Shown: one piece after another, positions 10,911 through 25,000 of the stretch
Position numbering within the stretch: the first letter of the stretch is position 1
Layout of the letters: the number at the start of each line of letters is the position of its first letter
Origin: Auanema rhodensis
Lineage: Eukaryota > Animalia > Nematoda
Direction of reading: 5' to 3'
DNA: 64,000 nt
Assembly (NCBI GenBank): GCA_964057225.1
Contig: OZ059897.1
Location: forward strand, 13,206,001 to 13,270,000
Program-made: the position numbers and the translations under genes
The notes under the pieces: model-generated
What the model was told of the DNA's origin: nothing
Seen by the model: the letters and a program-made list of their open reading frames with translations, nothing else
Databases searched by the model: none

Positions 10911-13900
10911 TCTCTTTTTCCATTTTTTTTTATTCTTCGGTCCCCTTTTTGGACCTTTCATATCCAGAGGCACAAGTCTTGGTTCCATCTGTCGCACGAT
11001 TCCCCACTTTTCTCTGAAACAGAGTTGCTGTTATCATATATATCTTGTGTATGTATCAGTTTTCGTTTTGCTCATTTTACCATCTATGTACATTCGAGTT
11101 GCTTTGCATTTTGATTTGTACATGATTGTCTTCTCTAATCTAGCTATTCTAGATCCAAATTTCGGTGGCCTTATTGATCAGTTCCCAAACTGTGCAATTG
11201 TATAATATTTCACTACCCTTTACTTCTCTTAATTTTTAGGCAGAATATGATATGTAATCACCTTCTCATGTGTTTTCTACTGCCCTCTAGCGACCCTTTT
11301 TACCCTACTCCAGCTCATTTTCTGTTCTTAAACTATATTATATATTACCAAACTGATTAACTATCTGACTGGATAGGTTGATTTTTAAAAAATTTGGATG
11401 TTATCATTGACATATGTTTGCGGCTGTTTTTTCTTTAATGTTATAAGCCATTTACCTTTTTTTCTGGCCGTCTGTTATGTTCATCCCAAGTTCTTCCAAC
11501 CTTCTTCTCCTTTCCGAAATAGCTGAACAATTATCAGATTCTTGGCAGAGTATGTATAATATATATATATAACTATATATAACTATATATATCTAAATGT
11601 GATTTCGGATGTCTTCGCGGATTCTATTGACGATTGAATGTATTATCTTTGTTCTTTCTTTTGACGAATGCTTTTGAAGGTTTTGTCAAGATGAACTCAT
11701 AGCTATATAAAAGTACATATTTGAACACTTCTTATTTGTATGTTCATAATTTCGTTTTCTCCTAATTCTCTAGGTTTATGGCGTAAATGTTGTTTCAATC
11801 GTGATTTGGCTAGTCGTAACGGGGTTAGAATTCAGTTTTGCGATCAACAAGAACAAGTAGGGCTAATAACTTGAATATTCGGAACATAAAAAATACGTTT
11901 GTAAATATAATTGTTCATTCTAAATGTGAAATTCGTAGTTGTGCTTTTTCAAAAAAATGTTTTATTGCGACGAACTTTGAGCCTTATAGGTTATAAATAC
12001 ACGAGATTACTTTCATGAGTCAGCAACATCTTACATCATCTATGTATGTTTGATAATAAAGAACTGATACACAAAAAAAAAGAACTAAATTAGCTATTTC
12101 AGCGCATTTTATTATAGCAACACGGTTATAATAGATCAGTGATCTATTTTGATTTAAATAGAAATTTATTTTATGAATAATAGATCAGATAGTTAACAAA
12201 TTATGAACCATAGTCTGGATTGGAAGACAGCTCATCCTACAGTAACAATGTGTTTTCAATCAATCTTTCTTGACTATTGATAGTCTAACCATCGTTCGCT
12301 ATCAACACATTGCGGAAGAAAGAAAGTTCGGAAGTCCTATGGGTATACGAAATAGCATTTTCTGTGAAGAGATTTCAATGAGTCATGATGAAACAGCTGT
12401 TCTATCACCGGTTGACAACGAGGTCTTTTGTCACTTGTACATCGTATATAAGCCACCATGTATGTATAAACAATAGAATCATGAAATAAGAGCATGATTA
12501 TCCTCTATCGTAGACATATAATATTGACAAGAATTCTCTCATTGCTAAAAATGGTCATTGCTAAGTTTCAGCATGTTGTGCTAAAAGAATAATCTGATTT
12601 TTATGTTTTTTTAAATGTAATTGAAAATGTATTTCAACATATTTCAATATATTTGTTATCATAAATATGTATGTGCTCAGGTATATAAATGAGTTTTTCT
12701 TATTTCTCTATTTGTTCAACTTTTAATGTCTCGTAATAATAATAGGAAAAACATATATTTATTTAAATTCTGATTTTTTATAAATTTTTATTCAAAATAT
12801 TTTAATATCCGTGTTTCAAATATTTGTTTCTTCTCTGAAAAAAAAATATTTTTTTTCCTGAAATCAAATTATAACTAATCAAACAAAAAATTGTATGATT
12901 CAGTTGAAATACAATGTATATTCTAGATATTTATTTTGTATATGTTTTTACATAACTGTATTTTGAACTTATTTTATTTAAAATACAGAAAATATCATTT
13001 TTTTAAAAGTTATATTGAAGCTTATTTATATTTATATCTCTTATCATTTTAGTGGTGAAAGAGATATGTTGAAAAATCCACAATGAAAAATCAATTTTCA
13101 ACCCTTTGTAGAATATAAAATAGCTTTTTTTTGTGAATTGCTAAATAGAAAATAAAAATTATTAACTAACACAGTTATTTATATCTCAAAAATAGTTTTG
13201 CCCTATAAGCATTGCTGTTTCTTTTCAAAACACAGTTTTTGTGTAGCTGATTTTTGATTTTTCTGCATTTACAATACACATGATTTCCATTGATATCAAT
13301 AGACATGTTTGATGATTAAGACTATTTCGAATCCAGAAGCTTCCATCGTCTCTCCATATAAATGGCTCTGCATGAACGAGATGGTTCAGTTTGCTGGAAT
13401 AGGGAAATTCATCTATATGTCATAAAACATATAATTCACTTTTCTGACCTTCAAATTTTCTGAATTAGTCTCTCTACTGTTACTTATTCTCACGCCAATC
13501 ATCTTATTCCTCATATTACCGCATAGCTATTATCCTTACCTTCATTCAATTACTATCAAACAGTGCCTGTTATTCTTTCAAATTGGGGTTAATCCTATAA
13601 CACCGTCAAAGGTTGTTTTCCTAGAATTCGATGAACCTATCTAGAGTACCATTTGACCTAAAATGTACCTTTTCTTGTCTATTAACCGATCAGAACCGCT
13701 TGTTATTGGTAATTATCACGTCTCGAACAAACTACCTACCTGCCCATATACACTTCATTTCTAGCTGTGTCGGCGGGCGGAATGGTTGCATTCACAAGTT
13801 TTCTTTTTTCCAGTATGTTTTAGAGATCATCTGACCTATTTTTGTGTTTCACATAACACGGCAAAGCAACTTTTCAGTATAAAAATGTACTGGAGTGTCT

Positions 13901-14475
13901 GGAAAGAATTTTTTTGTCATATTTTTCGTTCTTTGAATGAAACGTTATTCTCATATTGTTTGTTGATATCTCGTTTTCCAGAAAGTTATGATGAGTCATG
14001 AATCAAAATTTTACTCTGTTCGTATGGTCATTGAGTCATTGAGTCATTCAATCAATAGATCATTTTGCTTCCATTTTTATCTTATTTCTGGCCTTCTGTA
14101 ATAATTCCGGTTATATCCATTCTATTACTATAACTAGTACTTGTTTATTTTCCTGAAATCAATCTGTGAGAATAACCGATCATTTCATTCTTTCTTTCAA
14201 TATTTTCTGGTAAAATTTCGAAATAATTATTTAAAAATAAGGGATTAAACGTTATTGTTGAGATTATTCGATGGGATGATATCATTTTCTCTATTACATC
14301 TCCGAGGTTTTTTGACTATTTCTATTCAATACCTTTTTTATGGTCGACCTAGATTCCTTTTTTTTTTATTTTTCTTCTTCTTTGATAAAGACCAATTCAT
14401 GAAATATGATTTTTGTTTCAGTTTTCGATATGTCTTTCTTTCGTTTATGCTTATTCTAAATATTATAATTCTAGT

Positions 14476-15338
14476 ATGAAGACTATCTGCGTATTGTTGG
14501 CTGTGGTTGCCGTAGCTTTTTCTGCACCTCGTTCTAAGCGTTTCACTGTTGGGACTATTGCTGTGTCAGCTCCAATAGCTGGAGGAAATGTCGGATGTGT
14601 TGTTACCGTAAGTGATACGTTCTAATTTATTTTAAATTATTTGTTTTGTTTAGGCAAATACCTTGTACATCAATGGTTTGAAGCAAAGAGAATTGACCAC
14701 TGAAGAGCAAAGCGAACTTGAGACCTACCAGTCTGCCTTCGGAAAGTACAAAGACGAATTAAAGACTTTGGTTGCCGAGAAGCATAAGGCTCTTCAAGCT
14801 AGAATCAACGGAAAGAAGGGATCTGCTGTTGAATCTGTTTCTTCAGTCGCTACTACCAAGCCTCAACCACCAAAAAGACCATCCTTCTGCCAGGCTAACG
14901 ATACTACCCAATATGTTTTCGATGGATGCATGGTTCAAGGAAACAAGGTCTACGTCGGACGTGACTATGCTCGTGATCTGACTTCAGAAGAGGTAGAGCA
15001 ACTCAAGGTTTATGACGAGAAGCAAACTGCCTACAGTAAGCAAGTTCAAGAGCACGTCAAGAAGGTTTAAACATAATATAGTAACGTAATATTTAATCCA
15101 TGACGTTTCCAGCAAGTAAGCGAAATCCTCGGAACATCCGAAATCTTCTCTGCTTTATTGGGCGAAATTTCTGGAAGAGACCAAGATGCTGAACCAGAGG
15201 TTAGAAATGACCTGAAAACAAATTATATTCAAAGTTGTTTAGGCTACCACTCGCTCTTCATCTGCTGCTACCACTGACGGTTCTAACATCTTACTTGAAG
15301 CCCCAGTTGCTCCAAACTTCTGTACAGCTATCCTTTAA
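14476..15338 (+). CDS. Secreted aspartyl protease inhibitor (Pepsin-I3 / Ov33 / API family), 4 exons
   Basis: Signal peptide MKTICVLLAVVAVAFSA, RSKR site, two repeats GCVVTANTLYINGLKQRELT..E and GCMVQGNKVYVGRDYARDLTSEE, PPKRPSFC and C-terminal PVAPNFCTAIL*; biased codon use suggests high expression. Confidence 0.92.
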
Positions 15339-17519
15339 TCTCATTTGTGCATATATACCTTAACATGAAGCGTTTTTCGCAATTCATATTTACAAAGCAG
15401 CAGGAATAACTGCATTTTCAATGTTTTTCAATTTTCGTTAATAAATCTTATCCATCTCAATAAAATTTTAAATTTCAAAATGAAGTTTATAGTTGGAAAA
15501 ATCTAAAAATAGCCTTTTGTGCTGTGGTTTATGTGTTGAATGATGAAATGATAAAAATTCGTTTTCAAATATGAAGAGATATTGAACGGTTGTACTCGCT
15601 ATTTCTAATAATTCGTATATTTTGGTTTCGTTTTAGTTTAAAATGAGTAATATGTAAAGGAAATGTAAAAATTAATCAACAACTACGTATATAACATCAC
15701 ATTGGTAACTGAGCTTTTTCCGTTTTCCTCTCATCCTCTCACTCCCTCTATCTTTCTCTATCTCTCTCTCTCTTTCTGTGAAATTCTCACAAACCTATTT
15801 GAAATGGTAATTGATTTCTATTTTAAATTGTTTCATATAATATAGAAGGGCTACTACACGTTAGATCCGTTCTTAGTTATAATCTCATCTTATTCGATTT
15901 ATTTATTGAATAGAAGTGTGGATAGCATTTATAATTATCTGATTTCAAGTCTATTCGAGAACGAAACATGTTGCGTTGAACATGATTTCTTTACATTCCA
16001 ACAAAACGTTTTTCATTATTTCTAGCTCTTCATTACTTTATTATTTTTTATTTTATATTATATATGAAATTTTCAACAATTGGTTTTGAAAGAAAACATT
16101 TTAACGCCTTCAGGCATTATTAGCTAAAAACAGAAATTCGCTTAAAAGTTTGCATTCCAATCTTATCTGGTAAAGGTATCTGAAACATTCCTTTGTCCAT
16201 TTTAAAATCTCACCAAGCTTCAACCATCACCAAATGCCTAAAGGTAGTTTGATGTTCATTTTATTTCTATTTTTCCGATCTGAAAAACTTTTAAGATTTT
16301 ATTTCTGTGTTTTTTCATTCAAACAAAACTTATATAGTTGTTATATTTTTAAAAACAAACAAAGAAAATATGTTTTATTACTCATTTTCTATTATATAAG
16401 ATATTGAATACTTGAACTATTACGATAAACTATTCAACAAATTAAATATATATTTTTGATATTCATATACTTTATTATTTATCATCAATTCGATAACTAA
16501 AATATTATATTAATCAATATTTGAAAATAATATTTATTTTCTATAGTGATGCTTGATCCCTCATCTCATTTTGGTAAGCATTCAGGTAAACCATAGGCTT
16601 ATACCTCTTGCAATAATCATCCTCATCGTACAGACCACTAGGTTTGGTTGATGTTGCCCCAAGGTCAATAACAAAAGAAATAAAAGGAAACTAACGCTTT
16701 TTTCATTTGTTCGAATCGGGATTAGCCATCTGTAATTATGTGCATACGGTTAGAAAAGACCTAGCTGACATTGCCAGTCAAAAAAACTCAGTCAGCCGGA
16801 ATTGATCAAACAAGTCATTAAGACTATCCTATGTATTGGCTAATGGTTTAGAGAGTGTGAATAATCAAAATTTATTTTTTTACTATGTACTATATAATCA
16901 GATTGAAATTTTGTTATGAAAATTATCCTTCATAACTCAGCTTGTTATTCTAAAGAGAACAATTGAGAAAATTAGTATTATCATCAACATAAGCCAGGAG
17001 ATGCGAATCATCTAAGATCTATTAAAAAGATTAATGAAATCAAATTTAAATTAATCCACAGAAGCTTTCAGAACTAATCAACTTGGCCAATGTTTTTGAT
17101 TATTATGTGGAACACAATTACACGGAAAACCTTTAATCATTTGGAAGAACTTAAGCTTGTTGAATGCAGTTACCAGCATTTAATGCTGATAACTAAAGCC
17201 TCTTGATTGTTCTATATTTGAGATTTCGTGTCTATAATTGTCATACATTTGTACATATATATAAAGATCTTTGAGGAGATTTATGTATGCTGTACGAATT
17301 CAAATATAGATGTACATGTATGGCATGCTTATTTTCATCCGACCTTTGGAACGATCCGTTTGTCAAACATGGCTCTTAACTAAAGCAATGTTTGTGGTAA
17401 AGTCTACATACATTCTTCAGGTTATAAAGGAAATTTTATAATAAATTTTAGCTTTATAAATCTTTAATGTGATATTAAAAGAAATATTTGTTTGACAGTG
17501 ATAAGCTAGATAGTTTACC

Positions 17520-19081
17520 ATTTACAAGTTTTTGAAAGCAGTTTTATCGTTCCAGTTTGCAATTTTATCAACAGGCAAAAAGCCAATAACACATTTTTCA
17601 TCTGAAATATGTTTCAGTAAATTAAATTTTTCATCTTGTATTCCTATGTTATAACTACTTTTTTTTCTTTTTTTGTTCGTATCAAGTTGAATGAGATCTT
17701 TAAAATGTATAACCATAATTATTCGTCTTATTTTTGATCTTTTACGTTTTTACTTTTCTATTCATTTCAAACTTCAAACATTCTTAAAATCGTGTTCTTT
17801 CAAATTTTTGTCGAGCTTCTGTCTTTAAACATTTCATTTTATAGTTCAATTCGTTCATCTTGGATTAATTTCTATAAGTTACTTCCTCCGTCCATACTAA
17901 TCTTCTTCAATTTTTGCAACAGGTTTTCTCATATTCAGTTGTTATTTGGTCATTTTTTTTCAAAAATGTTCTCCTCTCAGCTTAAAATTTGTTTTAATTT
18001 TTAAAGAAACCAATTAAAGTTATTAACAATAATTAATTTTATTATAATAACATTAGTATATGTATATAATTATATTTTATTAACAAAGTTAAAAGGGCTG
18101 ATAAGAGAAACCTTTTTGTCAGAAACTTCAAACATTGATCTGTTTCTGGATGTTTTTGTTAATCTTCTATAATCAGACTTGTTTCTTTCCTCGCCATATC
18201 TATCCGCCTTGGTCTGTACCGCATTCCAATGATTGTTGTATGACCTTCTCTCCTCCGTTTCTTCTCTTACCTTATATGGCAAACCCGTTTTAAATCTGAC
18301 ATTACTGCTAATGAAATAGGAATCCGAGAGACAAAAAACAGCTAACAAAGAGTGAGAGAAAGAGAGACAGATATAGAGAACTTGGGAAGTTACATGTTTA
18401 ATCATAGTTATTAGATAATTGTCATCAAATGCTTGTCGCATCTAACATTACCGTAGTCTTCGAATTAAGCAATAATGAAAAATCAATCTTATCCTGGATA
18501 TTCTTACAATTTTTTTTCTATGAATTTGGAATTATGTTTGACATTATTTACGGTTTTTCAACTTGTTATTAACTTTTAGACGAATTTGTTTGATTAGCAA
18601 AATATACAATTCATATTAAGCCTAATTGAATCATTTCTTTTCTTTTTTTAAAATGTTTTTGTTTTTCTTTATTTGGAGTATTGTTGTTCTAATTGATAAA
18701 AAGTAAATACAGTCGCGAGTATACGAGTCTCTTCTCAGTTTTTAATCTAATTCTATTGAGGTGAAAAGAAAAAACCCGTTAAAAATGCTTGGTTGTTCAA
18801 TCATTTTCGTTAAACATCGTCCACTTTCAAATACAGGTGCTTCGTTAAAACCTATACAGTTCTTTGGAATCGTCTCCCGTACCTCCTTTCTGCTCCCTTT
18901 CTCTCTCAGCTTGTAATAACTTTCGTTTGCTTTCTAATTCTAATGCTTCCGCTTTCAACAATATGTTTGCTAGAAAGACACTAATATACAGCTGGTTTGT
19001 ATTGTTGTTAACAAGCTCTTTGAACCTTTTCGGGCGTTCATACCTGGTCATCTGATGTTCTAGTGGAAGCTTAAAAATCAC
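17520..19081 (-). pseudogene. Decayed coding remnant (charged, coiled-coil-like fragments), gene or transposon derived
   Basis: Three co-oriented minus-strand ORF pieces (18845-19081, 18070-18441, 17522-17716) plus stop-interrupted K/E-rich frames at 17720-17990; no recognisable domain or consistent splice model. Confidence 0.25.
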
Positions 19082-22000
19082 TGGTCCTAATGATTATTCC
19101 AAAATATTGTCATGTCTCATACTTCTCTCGTATTCTTATTTTCTCAATAGTTCATTATTCTTGCTTTGTTTGGTTTAATGAAATTGTTTTCAAATTTAAG
19201 TTAATATGCTTAACCAAGGTGAAAAAAGATCGCTTTCCCTATATAGAAAGAAACAATCAAAAAGATTTCTCGATATTAGCTGGGCATCAACTTCCTTGAA
19301 ATACGCGACGCAGATTAGGTTCATCACATCAGAACGGGATGTGTTCATTCAAATTTTTGTTTCAAATTTATTTCAAACAGTTTTAGACATATTGAAATAA
19401 ACAGTTTCAATATATTCAATTGAAAATAATATATTTATTGAAAATATTCTTTCAATTATGCCATTTTGTATGAAAATTATATTAATAATCTTCCTGTCAA
19501 GTTTTCAAAATATCTTTTTATTTCTATAATTTCTTATGAATAGTACAAATTGAAAAATTCCTCTTCAGAATTGTGGGTAATTTTCAGTCAGACTCCTCAA
19601 TTCCGGATGAACCAGTCTTGTTTAGGTTTCTTAAGCCTCGTTTACTATTTTTTCTTTATATTTTAAAGAAACTCCTTAAAATCTGAATGGCTCAAAATCT
19701 TGAAAGATTTTGTAGAAAACTTTTTTTCGTTCATTCAATACAATAATTCTAAGAATGTTCTATTGTTCCTTATAAGTGCTATATCTTTGACCAGACGTCG
19801 CGGCGGGAGTTGCAATACAAGATATTAGCTATAACCCATATAAGATCACAAGTGAGTGATGATGCCAATAAGTAATTTTAACCTGGTTTATTATTTTACC
19901 TTCTGTTTTGAACCTATTTATTAATCTTCGATCATATAGTTAATTCAAAAAAACAGAAATTAATCCTTTTACCTATAGTAAAGTCTTTAAATTATTTTCC
20001 ATGCGTCTGTTGAAGCAAAAATAGATCATTTTCTCAAGAATGGTAGATAAGCTTATCAAGCAATCGTGCTACTGGTCCTCTTCCTATTTTCATTACAATT
20101 TCAAATCATGCCCTTCAGTACCATAATTCAAATATTGCTGTAACAATGCCATAAGATAATACTTAAACAAGCTCATAAAATGATGTACCAGCAAGAAATA
20201 AGTTAGGCCCGTTCAAAAATAAATGAAACCCAATTGACGAAAACAATTGACTTCAATGCTTCATAAACCTGGCATAGACATACATAATAGTACATAAGAA
20301 CAACTGCTTAGTATAAGAAAACATACACATTAAAGATTTAATAATCGCAAAAGGATATAAAACTCTGTTTACCCATCATAGATTTTATATATATAATATA
20401 TATTTTTAAAGATGTTATGTTGTTATTCTGACTAGAATATTCATATGTATGCTTATTTGAAAACTTTAGAAAACTTCTCATACACACAAAAATCTCTTTT
20501 TATTGCAGAATTTTAAACACAACGAAATATTTATATTTTTTAGTCATTGGAAATACTTTTACAGAGCTGTGATTTGCTATATTTTCTTTTAGAGCACACC
20601 CCAGGTGCATAGTGCAGAACACTTTAAAACCATAACCATCATCATCCCCCCCTTTCTTTTATCAATTTTTTCTGAAAATTTTAAAGATTAGATATATATG
20701 TATATATTTATATAAATATATTTATATAGTATATATATACATATGTATATCGATGTATTGTAGATATAGTAGTTCACATTTATAAATTGCAACAGGTTAG
20801 TTCTACTACTTTTGCCGTATAGTATATTTTATTACTCCAATCACGCTAGAAAAATAAAGATGACTTGTTTGAGAAGGAAGTAGCAATAGAAAATTTAAAC
20901 TTTTACTTGTTTATAAACAACAATAACCTTTTTATTATTTCTTTTTGTTAATATAACGAAATATTTATACTAAATATGTATAAATTACTTTTCATATATA
21001 ATACATATTATTAATATTTTTTATTCTTTATATCTATCTATACAGCTGAATAGCTGATAGCCATATAGTATATTTGAATGCGTGAAATAATAGTTTTGAA
21101 AGAAAATGATGCTACTTCCATATCTTGATTGTACATGCAATTCATATGTCCTTTAATAACTTTTTATCATTGTTTTATTACTAAAACCTTTATAAAGCAC
21201 GTGAACCTTTTAATTTCTCATAATAATGTCTATCTTGTTTGACACGATTTAGCCATCTAGTTTAACGGCTGTTTTTCTCTAAATTTTCGGTTATTCAAAT
21301 AAAAGATAAAAATTTTATTTGAAATGATTACTTTTTAATAGATTTAATACGAAAGCAAAGTTCTAATGAAGATTTTAAACTATAGATAAGTAAATTTTTG
21401 TTTTCAAATTTAATACTATTGGATAAATTAGTCTATAAAAGAAGCTTTATTGCATTACTTTGAAATATAATTATCATTAATAGATTATTGAAATATGAAC
21501 TAAAGTTTTTCAATTATATGTCAATCTTTCTTGACTTTCTTTTTGAATTTGTATAGCCATGTATAGCTCTTATTACTCCAGAAGCTTAAAGTCTTTTATT
21601 TGGCTAAGCATTCGTCTTTGTCGTATTGACGTTTCATAACTGTCTTCCCACTGTCCATATATGGCGAACCGTATATGCGTCGAAGCATCATCAGAACTTT
21701 GTAAATCAAATAGACAGGCCGACCGATCAGCTGTCTAACTTCAAGCCCTCAGGCGGAGCTTTCAGTAAACTTATTTCAGGAACTATGCACGTACATTGAA
21801 GTATGAAAAGCCAGACAGAATATTCAATTGCTGCAAACTATTAGCGGTATGTCGTGTCCTGTCTGGTGATTGGTGCTTCTGGTGTCGCTACTGAAAGTGT
21901 AATATAATACCATTTGTTTGGGATCTTCATATTCTGCTCTATCTGATTCAACTTCAAAACTTCATACGTATCGCCTTGTTCAATAGCATTACCTGCTCTA

Positions 22001-25000
22001 TGCTTCTATTATTCTCATGCTTTGAAGTTTGGGATAGATCTTTGACCATTCGATCCGCTACTTTACAAAACAAAGTTTATAGATGATTCTTCTCTGTCAA
22101 GACTTTATTCTTCAATAGCTATGCAAAATCTACTAGTTCCCCATCTGGGAAACACCACATTCTTGGCAACTTTCATCCAGATTTTCATTTTCTTGTTGGC
22201 TCTCATTCCCTATTCATCTTTTCGCACTTCATGCGCCCCGACTTCTATATGTTTCAGAACTGTCAAAGTCTAGATTTTCCTAAGAAGCTTCATAATGCCA
22301 GAAATAAATATAAATATTCTATTCGAGATAATGAATAATCCTGTTGGCGTCAGAATCCATCATACATCTATTTGTGTTTTTTTCACGTCATCAACGCTGT
22401 TTCGTGTTGAGAGACTGAATAAAACACCCAAGCATTACAGAGAATGAAGGCATAATCTCGAGAAAAATCATTAAAAAGACTTCTAGCGTCATAATGTGTT
22501 GTCCTCAAATTCGACACATCATTATCATCTAGTTGTCAGCATGCTAGATGCTGATTATTTGCGACGTCGTCGTGATAAAATGATGACCATTAACAGTCTT
22601 CGGACTGAAATTAATCATTTAGCATTGCGTTTCTCTCTGATTTGTTTCACTTTGTGGAATAAATCTTCGCTAAGAAAATCAGTCTTTATCTGATCAGAAA
22701 ACTGATTGTTGATCAAGGCAGTTCATCGTCGTAACAGTATCCTTCTATCTTTGTGTCTGACTGTCAGATGGCATACACATACAAACTTTAGTCGTCATGC
22801 TTTCCTCTCTTCTCTTCTGCAATCACATTATCACACAGACCACCCCATATCAGAATTCGTTTGTTTTTCTCATTTTAGCTCTACAACATAGCTATTTCTA
22901 TCTTTTCTTCAGGAGGTTTATGTAAGCAAAAAACATATTTTCTTTCCACATTTTTGATAGCCTAAGGAATACGTTACATTCCTTTTGCAGTTGCAATACA
23001 AAAAATTCTATAGAGACAGACCTAGAGCCATAAAACTCATTGGCAACTTTAAACATTTCAACTTTTATACAATGTGTTTTCAATTCAAATGCGGCTATTT
23101 CAACTTCTTTTCTCATATACAGTAATTTCCCGTTTTAACTTTAGTAAACCGTTCCTTTTCTCTATTATCCTCAACCTTTAAACTAAGCTTAATGATCATA
23201 TAAAGGGTATACTTTTACAATCAAAAAACTTGTCTTTCTTAAATTATTCTATTCTTTATTGAATAAAAAATGATTCTGGTCATTAAGGCAATTGTATGAC
23301 ATACGTTTCAACTCAGAAGTGTCATATGAAATTCTCGAAATATCTTTTTCTTGTTTCTTACTCGAAGTTTTGCTTTTCACTCATCTAATTTACTGGCTTC
23401 TTCATTCTTATTCAATCATGTTATTTAAGCATTGAGAACATTCCAACTCCCAATAATCATCTTTTTCATTCTTTTCTTCATTTATCTTTTCTTTTCATTC
23501 TCACTCTCGCTTCTCGTCATAACGTTCAGCCACCATCATCATCACTAACATCATCGTCAACGTCTTCGTCATAATCACCGGCGACGCCTTCACCTCTACG
23601 ACTGTCCTCGTATGGGCTGCCATCTGCCTGAATATGTGTGTATGAGATGCATGTGCCGTCAATCAGGCCGCAAACTATCAGAAGAACCTGTTATTTGCTT
23701 TGCTTGACATAGTGCGACCTGCCAACCGCCATTGCCCTGAGGGGGTAGACAACTTGTTGTCGTTTCGCCTTATTAGGTTCCTTTCACCTCTTCAATACGA
23801 CCTTTAGCTATTTTCTTCCTTACGTGATTTATCCTTTTTCTTTCAATATGTGGTTCTTCCTTGTCGTTTTCTTATTTTTTTTTTCGAAATCATCTTGTTC
23901 GTAACGGCATTCTTCTAATCTCAACTAATTTCGTTGGAAGGGGAAGGGGGTTTTGGTTAGACGTCATCATGATCATCCCTTTTCAAATATTCACATTCGT
24001 ATTCTTCTTCCTTCAATAACATTTTACAAAATATATTTGTTTTGTTTGTTTTTATTATCAATATATATGAATATCCTTAAATTCTCACGTACTTAACAGC
24101 ATCTTCAAGGGCCCTTGCATCATGTCCGGTAGATGTTAAAACTAATCTGAAGGTGATAAGTACTGTGAGGTCAGGTCATATCCAAAACATCGGCTTTTTC
24201 AGCTCTCTGCTTATCTGGTCACCATCATCTACCCCCTGCATGGCAAAATTGTACAAACTTTTCGCTTCTGGCCATCTGCTGGTGGCTTCTAAAAAGGATG
24301 TGTAGTGGTTATACTTTGACATAACCGACAGAAACAATGCTATTGGCGAATTAGCTTAATGAACACCTTATAGTATCAGCAGAAGTGTATAAAAGAATTT
24401 TAACGTTAAAACTTTGATTTTCAAACTATTTATGTTTGCTTACTCAGGTTTTTACGCGTTCATTTGAGAAAACAAAAAAAAGTTTTCATTGAGCGACGAA
24501 GGGAAAAAGTGTGATTTAATGAAGAAAAAACATTATTTTTATACGAAAAAATTTTTTATGATGAGCTCATGACAAATGATTTGATAAATTAGTTGAAAGA
24601 ACATTTCTTATATTTTTTTAATATAAAACCTGTCCATTTAGGCTTTTTTTAGGTCATCTTCACTTATATTTATAATTCTATACTTCGCTTAAAAACCCTG
24701 TCTTTTTCTTTTTAAAATCATTCGCAACTGCTCATTCTTCGACAAATTTTCTCATCCTGTCTTCCTTTTTTTTCACATTGTCTTTAATTTTCGTGAAAAA
24801 AAAGAAAGAATGAATATCAAACAACAGGAAAAGCCTTCCTACATATTTCTTCGATTTCTGACGAAATGTTCTCTCTCATTTCTCTTTTTCGCTGTAGTCA
24901 TCTCTCTATTGTCTCTTGTATTCTAGAATACAAATTTAAAAATTAAATTTATGATTATTTAGATGGCTTGTTGATAAACGATGTTGAAGCCACCAGTTGA

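Noticed and set aside
12270-12476. 68 aa ORF between mel-11 and the inhibitor
   Set aside because: Non-ATG start, no splice model, no recognisable motif
16705-16730. GTTCGAATC B-box-like motif
   Set aside because: No cloverleaf or A-box context; not a tRNA
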